From Nemertoderma westbladi (taxonomy: Eukaryota; Animalia; Xenacoelomorpha), in assembly GCA_032718475.1 (NCBI GenBank), contig JAUCBJ010007375.1:1-46670 (forward strand): a DNA stretch of 46,670 nt, written 5' to 3'. Within the stretch, counting starts at the first letter, position 1, and each line of letters starts with the position of its first letter. The notes beneath the pieces are model-generated. The model made no database searches and was not told the DNA's origin. It saw nothing but the letters and a program-made list of their open reading frames with translations. The position numbers were made by a program, and so were the translations under genes. Shown in pieces: positions 40,301 through 46,670 of the stretch.

Positions 40301-43300
40301 TTGCCTGATGTTATGGATGGATGGGTTAGATTATTGCCTGAAGTTATGGATGGATGGGTTAGATTATTGCCTGAAGGTATGGATGGATGGGTTAGATTAT
40401 TGCCTGATGTTATGGATGGATGGGTTAGATTATTGCCTGAAGGTATGGATGGATGGGTTAGATTATTGCCTGAAGGTGAGGATGGATGGGTTAAATTATT
40501 GCCTGATGTTATGGATGGATGGGTTAGATTATTGCCTGAAGGTATGGATGGATGGGTTAGATTATTGCCTGAAGGTGAGGATGGATGGGTTAAATTATTG
40601 CCTGATGTTATGGATGGATGGGTTAGATTATTGCCTGAAGGTATGGATGGATGGGTTAGATTATTGCCTGATGTTATGGATGGATGGGTTAGATTATTGC
40701 CTGAAGGTATGGATGGATGGGTTAGATTATTGCATGATGTTATGGATGGATGGGTTAGATTATTGCCTGATGTTATGGATGGATGGGTTAGATTATTGCC
40801 TGAAGTTATGGATGGATGGGTTAGATTATTGCCTGAAGGTATGGATGGATGGGTTAGATTATTGCCTGAAGTTATGGATGGATGGGTTAGATTATTGCCA
40901 GAAGGTATGGGTGGATGGGTTAGATTATTACCTGAAGGTTTGGATGGATGGGTTAGATTATTGCCTGAAGTTATGGATGGATGGGTTAGATTATTGCCTG
41001 AAGTTATGGATGGATGGGTTAGATTATTGCCTGAAGGTATGGATGGATGGGTTAGATTATTGCCAGAAGGTATGGGTGGACGGGTTAGATTATTGCCTGA
41101 TGTTATGGATGGATGGGTTAGATTATTGCCTGAAGGTATGGATGGATGGGTTAGATTATTGCCTGAAGTTATGGATGGATGGGTTAGATTATTGCCTGAA
41201 GGTATGGATGGATGGGTTAGATTATTGCCTGAAGGTGAGGATGGATGGGTTAAATTATTGCCTGATGTTATGGATGGATGGGTTAGATTATTGCCTGAAG
41301 GTATGGATGGATGGGTTAGATTATTGCCTGATGTTATGGATGGATGGGTTAGATTATTGCCTGAAGGTATGGATGGATGGGTTAGATTATTGCCTGAAGG
41401 TATGGATGGATGGGTTAGATTATTGCCTGAAGTTATGGATGGATGGGTTAGATTATTGCCTGAAGGTATGGATGGATGGGTTAGATTATTGCATGATGTT
41501 ATGGATGGATGGGTTAGATTATTGCCTGATGTTATGGATGGATGGGTTAGATTATTGCCTGAAGGTATGGATGGATGGGTTAGATTATTGCCTGAAGTTA
41601 TGGATGGATGGGTTAGATTATTGCCTGAAGGTATGGATGGATGGGTTAGATTATTGCCTGAAGGTGAGGATGGATGGGTTAGATTATTGCCTGATGTTAT
41701 GGATGGATGGGTTAGATTATTGCCTGATGTTATGGATGGATGGGTTAGATTATTGCCTGAAGGTATGGATGGATAGGTTAGATTATTGCCTGAAGGTATG
41801 GATGGATGGGTTAGATTATTGCCTGAAGTTATGGATGGATGGGTTAGATTATTGCCTGAAGGTATGGATGGATGGGTTAGATTATTGCATGATGTTATGG
41901 ATGGATGGGTTAGATTATTGCCTGATGTTATGGATGGATGGGTTAGATTATTGCCTGAAGGTATGGATGGATGGGTTAGATTATTGCCTGAAGTTATGGA
42001 TGGATGGGTTAGATTATTGCCTGAAGGTATGGATGGATGGGTTAGATTATTGCCTGAAGGTGAGGATGGATGGGTTAAATTATTGCCTGATGTTATGGAT
42101 GGATGGGTTAGATTATTGCCTGAAGGTATGGATGGATGGGTTAGATTATTGCCTGAAGGTGAGGATGGATGGGTTAAATTATTGCCTGATGTTATGGATG
42201 GATGGGTTAGATTATTGCCTGAAGTTATGGATGGATGGGTTAGATTATTGCCTGAAGGTATGGATGGATGGGTTAGATTATTGCATGATGTTATGGATGG
42301 ATGGGTTAGATTATTGCCTGAAGGTATGGATGGATGGGTTAGATTATTGCCTGAAGGTGAGGATGGATGGGTTAAATTATTGCCTGATGTTATGGATGGA
42401 TGGGTTAGATTATTGCCTGAAGTTATGGATGGATGGGTTAGATTATTGCCTGAAGGTATGGATGGATGGGTTAGATTATTGCATGATGTTATGGATGGAT
42501 GGGTTAGATTATTGCCTGAAGGTATGGATGGATGGGTTAGATTATTGCCTGAAGGTGAGGATGGATGGGTTAAATTATTGCCTGATGTTATGGATGGATG
42601 GGTTAGATTATTGCCTGAAGGTATGGATGGATGGGTTAGATTATTGCCTGAAGGTGAGGATGGATGGGTTAAATTATTGCCTGATGTTATGGATGGATGG
42701 GTTAGATTATTGCCTGAAGGTATGGATGGATGGGTTAGATTATTGCCTGATGTTATGGATGGATGGGTTAGATTATTGCCTGAAGGTATGGATGGATGGG
42801 TTAAATTATTGCCTGAAGGTATGTATGAATGGGTTAGATTATTGCCTGAAGGTATGGATGGATGGGTTAAATTATTGCCGGAAGGTATGTATGAATGGGT
42901 TAGTTTATTGCCTGAAGGTATGGATGGATGGGTTAAATTATTGCCGGAAGGTATGTATGAATGGGTTAGTTTATTGCCTGAAGGTATGGATGGATGGGTT
43001 AGATTACTGAAGATACTTAAATGTTTGATTGTCTTCAGTTTTATGATTTACAGTAAAGGTTTAAGCCTACATCTTTTCGCACTGTTGTGTCGTTCAGGCA
43101 AGACACTGTAAACATTAGTGCCTAGACGACAACCCTGGCATTTTTTCTGGGAAAATACTAATAAAAGTACTTTGATTATAGCAGAAAAAGCGCTATATAA
43201 GTTATCAATATATTATTATCATTATTAGATTTATTCGCATAATCATCAAATCCTTTACATCCATTCTACCTGCCGCGATTAAATTGAAACATTTAGTAAA

Positions 43301-46300
43301 ACCTTCTACCATCCTTGGTATGTGTCTGATCCCAGATATGAAATAAATAATTAAAATTACAAAATTTGAATTTAGCATAATTTTACCTGAAAGACACTGA
43401 AACTGATTTAAGAACATAAACTAAGGTACTTACAACTTGGTTGCAATCAGTAAAACTGAGACTGGTTCTCAGTGAATTACAAGTGTTGTAAGCAGCCATG
43501 CGGATCTCTGCGTCTTCTACATTGAGACAGCTACGATCACCGACAGCAATGTCATTACAGCTGGTCACCTCTCTGTCCAGAATCTTCCAGGAGTTAGCGA
43601 ACTGTTCCGCGTAGGGGACAATGCGTTGGTCCTTTCGCAAGAAATCGTCCTCTATGCTATTCGTATAGGAGCCACAGAGACCTTTATGAACGTTTCAGAA
43701 AAATTATTAATGAAGAACTTGAAGGCATCAGACAAAAACAGATAGTAATTAACTAGGATTCGTTATTTAAATCATTGTGCTGCAATGCAGTCGGTCTTGT
43801 GCGGTCAGGTTTCAAGCTTGGGTGGGACCAGTCAGACACCTCCAAGCCAAAAACAAAGTCATGGGCTGTCCACCTTTCTTATTTACGCCATGAGGTTAGC
43901 AAAGCACAATATTGTGCACAGGCTGGTACTCTTGGCGAAAGCAATGTCTTGCAAAGCGGAGGCGGCTTTGTTCTAGTGTCAAGCTAGCAGGAACCAATGA
44001 GACACTTCCATTGATATATCTTGTCTGGTTAGAGATGTGCGAATTTTACTTGACTCAGTGAACCCGACATAGCATTCATGTGAATGTGTCATTCAGAGAT
44101 TTCTTGTCCTCAGCCGTTAAAGCCCAGCATGGACTGTTTCTACTGCTGCTCTAAATAATCGAAGCTTAAGTTTCGGATGTATTCTGTGTGACTTCCAAAT
44201 CCTGGAAAGCCATCCAATACTGCCAATGTCTTTCCTTACGCATACAAATATCTTGCCTGACTTCTGGATCCATGATCACAGGTAACAGAATTTATCCACA
44301 TGCTCAAGCATACCATACTTTGAGCTTATGCTCATAAGATCAGACATTTCCTGGTGACTTTCGAAGTTAACTGTCAAAGTTGTGTTTCCTCTTGGAGTTA
44401 ATAAAAAGACCGACACTAGAAGCAGCCTGGTCTAATGAGAATATGAGCTTTAGGCTCCCTCTAGTGATTCTGAGAGTGCTGAAAGTCTGAGAGTGACTCC
44501 TAATTTATCGCCAAAGTCTAAATCAATAAGTTATTGGCGGGATTTTCTCACGGCGAAAGCAATGTCCTGCAAAGCGGATGCGTCTACTTTCAAGTGTTAA
44601 ACTTGAGGAGACTTAAGTTTCTTTTGTAAATAAGAAATACCTTTCCTATTGTTTAATTGATAATTGACGATGTTCTTATAAGTACAATAATTTAATTTCA
44701 AATAAGCTTATTCTTGGTCTTTTTCTAATAATTCTTGGTATGGATAATAAGATAAAATAACATTGATTAAAAAAAACCACTTAAATCAGCCAATTTCACA
44801 TAGAAGAACCAAATATATTGATAGATCTTACCTAGGGTCTTTCCTTCATTCTCTGGCAAGGCTGTGACGTAAATGTTGTTCCCGCTTGCATCCCACTTGA
44901 CTCGAACACCCAAATTTGACTCGAGGTATATCCAATCTCCAAGAACTTCTACTTTTACCGTGCTAATTGGAAAACAAACGTTAAAAAAATGTAAATCCAT
45001 ATTTATTTTTCGAATAAAATACTTACTACAAGTCGTGCTCAAACACAATTCTCTTCTTGGTAACAATTCTCGCGATCTCTCTGATTTTGAAACGCCTTAC
45101 ATTGTATTAATCTAATATAAAGAGTAAGAATTAATACGTTAATACGCTACCATGGAGCCACGCCCATCGATTCCTGTTGCAGAGGCTGTTAATAGCAATC
45201 TTAATGGGTAACGCCGCATCTATCCTGGGAACAACAGTGGATTCTAGTAACTCTGACGGGCTTTTTGATTTACTCGAATATGATACTCGAATGGCCTATA
45301 TTTATCTCATAAGTAGCTATTATAGAATACGTTAATGATTATTCATTGACAATAAATTTTAATACCTTAAATATTTTATTTTGTGTAGTGATTGACTTTT
45401 GATGATTGATCATTTTCTTTTGCAATTTTTGATTCATTATAATAATATAATATAGTAATAATAATAATAATAAGGTAATATTAGAAATGTAATTATACTA
45501 AAAATTTTATATTATGTTAGATTATAATACTAGAATTAATAGATATTTATTAAATTGCTTCCTAATACCCGGTTAATCATACTTTTCATTTATTCCGATG
45601 TTTGTATCCATAACTTCCCCATTGACTGTTACGTCCAAGCCGTTCGCAGTGACAATAGTACTGGCGAATCTCATTTCCAACGCCTTTTGACAATTGGTTG
45701 GAGATGTACATTGTGTGGTGTCCACTACAATCTACAAATAAAATGGCCACTATAAGATGCATTCTTAGTAATTACTGTATAATTATTATTATATTATAAT
45801 GCACCGGTAATGATTATAATTATATTTAAAAACAATTGCTGTATTATTGGCCGAGATCGGGATCATTATATTAACGAGACAGATAACGAAAGAGACAACT
45901 CCTTGTACTTTGGCAGCCTCATGGAGTGAATAAGCATGGTGGACAGCCTATGACTTTCTTGAGACGCATCTTAAAGGACACTGGCCTTGCAAATGCGGAT
46001 GATCTCGCGAAAGTCATGGGGGATAGGTTGATAAGCCGGCACAGCATTCTTAATGTACGCTGAGCATCGCATCAAGCCAATTGTGGATTACATGGTGGTG
46101 GCACACATTTTTAGTTTAAACCAGGACTATGGAGTATGCCGACCAATATATATATATAGATCCTCTTAGCGGTGTGATGGAGGCCTTACCTCCCACGTAT
46201 CGTCGGAACTTTTCGCCATCATGTATTTGCAGCTACCAGGGAAGTTATAGTGGTTCCCATCGAATGTTCTGTAGTGGGCTCTACAGGAGTAGATACAAGT

Positions 46301-46559
46301 AGCGTACGGTCGGTTGGGGTCGGGGTCCTCGTAAGTTTCTTCCAATGACTGAAGAATGTTAAGAAACTCCCGATATTTCTCTAAAAAACAACAAAGTTGT
46401 CATAAATTAAGAAAATTATTTTCTACTTTATGTTTATCAATAAATTACAATTATTAATCCATATCAATCATACCTTCATCACGTTGTGATCCTGACGTAT
46501 CGATTGAGCAGTTTGGGCCTTCCCATCCTGGACAACACTCAGTTCCTAAAGAATCTTCC
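173..46559 (-). CDS. Partial multi-exon gene for a VWF D-domain (VWD-C8-TIL) protein, SCO-spondin/mucin/VWF-like; 19 exons in window, extends past both ends
   Basis: 19 GT-AG exons total 2993 nt, join in phase with no stop. Motifs: CCPGWEGPNC (EMI-like end), three HYxTFDG-type VWD starts, two GLCG motifs, C8 and TIL cysteine patterns in D1-D2-D'-D3 order. Confidence 0.93.
561..703 (-). CDS. Host gene exon (VWD3)
   Basis: GKYYTFQGGCSYHLV...FSIEAENIACG...TCTKR...Q|GTGAG. Confidence 0.92.
876..1065 (-). CDS. Host gene exon (E' / start of VWD3), absent from the ORF track
   Basis: GDHCIQEENCPCFHSG...DCNNCICNGRHWDC...STCTALGDQHYITFD G|GTGAGT. Confidence 0.92.
1596..1785 (-). CDS. Host gene exon (D' TIL)
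   Basis: TCLKGQWAC...ECPYNMIY...CVATC...GCTCPDGMVLE|GTAAT. Confidence 0.9.
1930..2085 (-). mobile_element. Degenerate SINE-like fragment
   Basis: Reverse strand has GCTTCACAATAGTG, a B-box-like GGTTCTAATCC and ACTTTAGAC, all shared with the SINE-like copy at about 28790. Confidence 0.45.
2152..2261 (-). CDS. Host gene exon (TIL-2 end / E)
   Basis: CAG|VVDEQEGICVDKTDCHCTYNG...CST TG|GTAAG; in phase with exon 18540-18682 across a 16.3-kb intron. Confidence 0.9.
2440..2631 (-). mobile_element. RTE-like LINE 3' fragment, left part (split by the BEL element)
   Basis: Aligns by eye with the reverse complement of 45940-46125; continues at 18290. Confidence 0.7.
2632..3818 (+). repeat. 5' LTR (1187 bp)
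   Basis: TGTAAAAGC...GCGCGAACA; ~50-bp internal tandem unit at its start; CCAAT near 2870, TATA-like near 3365, AATAAA 3442-3447. Confidence 0.95.
5405..5638. repeat. Two-copy ~123-bp tandem duplication in the BEL leader
   Basis: ATACCRGTATTTACGRTAGGCTTATTATAT...CCGGTATTCTGT...ATCCTAGTCT.TAATAATACTTATATA occurs twice. Confidence 0.8.
5740..8339 (+). pseudogene. 5' part of BEL gag, disrupted by stops and frameshifts
   Basis: ORFs 5740 and 6268 share a frame, separated by TGA 6166 and TAA 6202; AEAERKA coiled-coil repeats; more lesions about 7560-7830; ends in DUF1759-like KFNGDEMKWLSF...EKLRFLIECLEG. Confidence 0.8.
8340..11169 (-). mobile_element. Kolobok-type DNA transposon (2830 bp) nested in BEL gag
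   Basis: TTAA duplication at 8336-8339 and 11170-11173; TIR G(n)TATAATAAT / ATTATTATAC(n); internal DDE transposase; removing it restores the gag frame. Confidence 0.88.
9193..10732 (-). pseudogene. Kolobok-type DDE transposase, frameshifted near 9500
   Basis: SFDGTWMKRGH, SKYCxxC, HEC..NYSGSSSGME, VSDGDS, KKECLNHVAKR in ORF 9440-10732; the C-terminal HESLHSRLW..LSKETFVG block lies in another frame (9193-9561). Confidence 0.85.
11170..13581 (+). CDS. 3' part of BEL gag + aspartic protease + remnant of RNase H C-terminus; no RT or integrase
   Basis: VWDTLNIRYG; CxxC knuckles 11839-12033 ending HHILLH; ALLDSGST at about 12358; ILIG, RTRVGW; then QWRHCP..NPADIASRG...WLGGPEFL...WP and YSSWNRL. 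Confidence 0.88.
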   Translation, partial: LRQVWDTLNIRYGNRTNIARYLYAKLVAPRKFLSSGIIEFSNEIQEICRQLDWLGKSHEYQSSMVIGAVASTLPKGGVGTRWDKRVLYMMEQQQRDPTMADLMSFLNGEVKLQLLKQSREKTPENKVSEKPVSRRKVTPVCYTDDGESQTSHEENSGKDTDRSYYVNKAPKDVSNFKSRTSDRREQVTKTPPTSPKRIHGRKPEERTSVHHTAQVKVSNIKPKCVLCDGPHRWSGCDEFLKKSLKGRRDVMWDKRLCYNCLRRGHQRRTCYSDARCAKCGAKHHILLHTEFERTRTSQVSEPELHVQFSDVNDTNHSSEMEGFYTDEFSDENESCYMTNTAVYRALTYETETDNEVQSTIPDRQPSWKAPTSNVGIREFPVVQLRVHGKGKSLIVNALLDSGSTGTFIDKELAEDIFAGQPKFRTKLNLSGIMQVWKSTVATDYYVGALSTPQDELGEHSIRSVKMVAIKNFSTSQVEPYNWDEDDFTQQHDIPRFNTDYPGVQILIGQNAHEALETLEKRPARPQPLQTYARRTRVGWYFTGPSRRTLMERLPNDQVHQVSEWEEEISEGETTTEETPYSSDNDDINSNVDQWRHCPETINPADIASRGATPQELIDTPDWLGGPEFLSKEEDEWPPHLTTAEIRQAKGAEKVKPKTRTSKSKLFKPVIDLSVLHISGDDAVDLNSPATNKSVVEIRERDWKSGTPDISQGLSPLLQGAINHYSSWNRLCKAVVYLKRCFHHHYSRTKKKPGIVFETQQLNRPVGRLCLLERDRELSGNYGRQDTLPTTTSLIQQTSRDSPK
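14126..14950 (+). ncRNA. Putative repeated pseudoknotted RNA modules in the BEL inter-ORF region
   Basis: Two homologous modules (14126-14241, 14377-14497) with compensatory stems, plus two more stem-loop/pseudoknot units (14605-14667, 14783-14950). Confidence 0.5.
15313..17030 (+). pseudogene. Extra ORF of the BEL element, unknown function (~570 aa if repaired)
   Basis: 15313-15903 and 15907-16572 share a frame across one TAA; the frame continues past TAA 16570 and a T-run slip near 16613 joins 16614-17030. Confidence 0.65.
17109..18289 (+). repeat. 3' LTR (1181 bp)
   Basis: About 98% identical to the 5' LTR by manual count (under 20 substitutions plus a few indels or block changes). Confidence 0.95.
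18290..18500 (-). mobile_element. RTE-like LINE fragment, right part
   Basis: ATTGTGCACAGGCTGG...GGCGAAAGCAATGTC shared with 43910-43950 and 44547-44570. Confidence 0.7.
18540..18682 (-). CDS. Host gene exon (TIL-2)
   Basis: ICDVASQIFQECVSPCGQTC...CATHCVAGCDCTEDR|GTGAG. Confidence 0.92.
18891..18997 (-). CDS. Host gene exon (C8-2)
   Basis: FCTAIASYTHECNQQGIEINWR...C G|GTAAG. Confidence 0.9.
19445..19520 (-). mobile_element. tRNA-derived SINE head, degenerate
   Basis: Reverse strand TAGCTGAATGGTTAGAG (A-box) ... TTCGATTC (B-box-like); no intact cloverleaf. Confidence 0.45.
19679..19812 (-). CDS. Host gene exon (C8-2)
   Basis: KKEAAKEYCAVL...FSNCREVVDVSPYLKNCQDDFC; acceptor is AAG after a T run. 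Confidence 0.85.
20441..20611 (-). CDS. Host gene exon (VWD2 end)
   Basis: VNGLCGTFDRNVRNDFTTSNG...FATSW... Confidence 0.9.
21147..21301 (-). CDS. Host gene exon (VWD2)
   Basis: GNEKQLPY...GINILYDRISRIYFTL...EK|GTAAG. Confidence 0.88.
22574..22709 (-). CDS. Host gene exon (VWD2)
   Basis: HVDGIFKVRLQSYDCEGDMRTNCRKAVVLEY...; phases 0 and 1 match neighbours. Confidence 0.85.
23839..23977 (-). CDS. Host gene exon (start of VWD2)
   Basis: TCMGAKWDCSHQKCDSTCRVLGHGHFGTFDGMFYNFFGTCEYVLAT|GTAAG. Confidence 0.92.
24356..24733. mobile_element. Foldback/MITE-like element built from TTCGCCC subrepeats
   Basis: Left arm repeats (C/T)CTTCGCCC, right arm repeats GGGCGAAG; CTTCGCCCGCGTC matches GACGCGGGCGAAG. 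Confidence 0.6.
25021..25735. repeat. GC-rich minisatellite, ~55-bp unit
   Basis: CATATACAGTGCCGGCAGACCCAGAAACAKAGCGCCCCCAGATCTCACAGTCAGC, about 12 diverged copies. Confidence 0.9.
25800..26110 (-). mobile_element. RTE-like LINE fragment
   Basis: Reverse strand translates RGGPPVTFLKRLLKDAGLENKDEL, homologous to GGQPMTFLRRILKDTGL at about 45935. Confidence 0.6.
26183..26432 (-). CDS. Host gene exon (TIL-1 / E)
   Basis: KECDEREVY...CRKTC...GCFCDEGFYL...CVEQADCPC...GCNT TG|GTGAGT. Confidence 0.92.
26529..27251. mobile_element. TA-flanked MITE/foldback element with an internal 108-bp tandem array
   Basis: TA|AGGTGGTGATTTTGGGCCACTTC ... GAAGTGGCTCGAAATCACCACCG|TA; 108-bp unit about 3.3 times (26642-26995); inverted subunits at 27090-27215. 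Confidence 0.75.
27301..27935. repeat. 18-bp minisatellite GTGTCCCATACACTAATA with 13-bp variants
   Basis: About 36 near-perfect copies. Confidence 0.95.
28444..28615. repeat. 23-bp tandem repeat AATGTTCCAGAATAAATTGATTT
   Basis: About 7.5 near-perfect copies. Confidence 0.9.
28785..28960 (+). mobile_element. tRNA-derived SINE with CORE-like body
   Basis: A-box-like TTTCCGAGTGG, B-box GGTTCGAATCC, then GCAAGACACTTTA...GTATAATGGG resembling the CORE consensus. Confidence 0.55.
29064..29135 (-). mobile_element. tRNA-derived SINE head
   Basis: Reverse strand TGACGAAGTTGGTAGAGCG...GAGTTCAACTCC. Confidence 0.45.
29485..29644 (-). CDS. Host gene exon (C8-1), acceptor abuts the 33-bp satellite
   Basis: TTTCAG|VNPNSFIYDCMYDFC...YAMQC...WRTTNMC G|GTAAG. 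Confidence 0.92.
29645..43006. repeat. Intronic satellite, 33-bp unit, about 405 copies (13.4 kb)
   Basis: Consensus CCTGAAGGTATGGATGGATGGGTTAGATTATTG; a few recurrent variants; phase unbroken throughout. Confidence 0.98.
43434..43681 (-). CDS. Host gene exon (VWD1 end / C8)
   Basis: GLCGSYTNSIEDDF...FANSWK...FTDCNQV|GTAAGT. Confidence 0.9.
43800..44420 (-). mobile_element. Decayed RTE-like LINE, RT C-terminal region
   Basis: Reverse-strand fragments EHVDKFCYL, RIWKS...KLKLRLFRAAVE, RLRFARHCFR, PHGVNKKGGQP with stops. Confidence 0.75.
44832..44962 (-). CDS. Host gene exon (VWD1)
   Basis: TVKVEVLGDWIYLESNLGVRVKWD...GKTL G|GTAAG. Confidence 0.9.
45583..45731 (-). CDS. Host gene exon (VWD1)
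   Basis: IVVDTTQCTSPTNCQKALEMRF...VTVNGE; AG/GT ends, phases 0 and 2 match neighbours. Confidence 0.85.
45900..46125 (+). mobile_element. RTE-like LINE 3' end
   Basis: LWQPHGVNKHGGQPMTFLRRILKDTGL...VMGDR followed by a 3' region shared with 2440-2560. Confidence 0.7.
46190..46380 (-). CDS. Host gene exon (start of VWD1)
   Basis: ...ATCIYSCRAHYRTFDGNHYNFPGSCKYMMAK...WE|GTAAG. Confidence 0.9.
46474..46559 (-). CDS. Host gene exon (EMI-like tail)
   Basis: TAG|G...G|GTATG; EDSLGTECCPGWEGPNCSIDTSGSQRDE. Confidence 0.8.
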
Positions 46560-46670
46560 CTAGATAATATAGTAATAATTGTTAAAAACTATAATGTAAT
46601 ATAGTAGAACTTTACAGTGTAACAGATAAGCGCAGTATATAATATGTCAATATGTCGAAAATGTTAAGTA

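Noticed and set aside
29645-43006. Telomere origin of the satellite (GGGTTAG in each unit)
   Set aside because: Only one hexamer per 33 bp; it is explained as the complement of the branch-point CTAAC.
29534-43111. Giant 4450-aa, 3527-aa, 549-aa and 441-aa ORFs
   Set aside because: They arise because a 33-bp unit lacks stops in two plus-strand frames; they are antisense within an intron and variants show no codon-position bias.

Overview
AT-rich animal (invertebrate) genomic DNA, not prokaryotic. The window lies inside a large minus-strand gene. I traced 19 GT-AG exons that join in phase into about 997 codons with EMI-tail + VWD1-C8-TIL + VWD2-C8-TIL + D' + VWD3 architecture (VWF/mucin/SCO-spondin family); the gene runs off both ends. 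One intron holds a 15.66-kb BEL/Pao LTR element (1.18-kb LTRs, GGTTC target duplication) inserted into an old RTE-like LINE fragment. Its gag is split by a 2.83-kb Kolobok-type DNA transposon (TTAA duplication). The BEL element keeps Gag and protease, lacks RT and integrase through an in-frame fusion, and carries a run of repeated pseudoknot-like RNA modules followed by an orphan ORF. Another intron is filled by about 405 copies of a 33-bp unit that is an amplified copy of the intron's own branch point/3' splice site. Some unit variants form AG|GT recursive-splice-type junctions. The remaining introns hold minisatellites, foldback elements, SINE-like pieces and LINE fragments. All alignments and pairings were done by eye.
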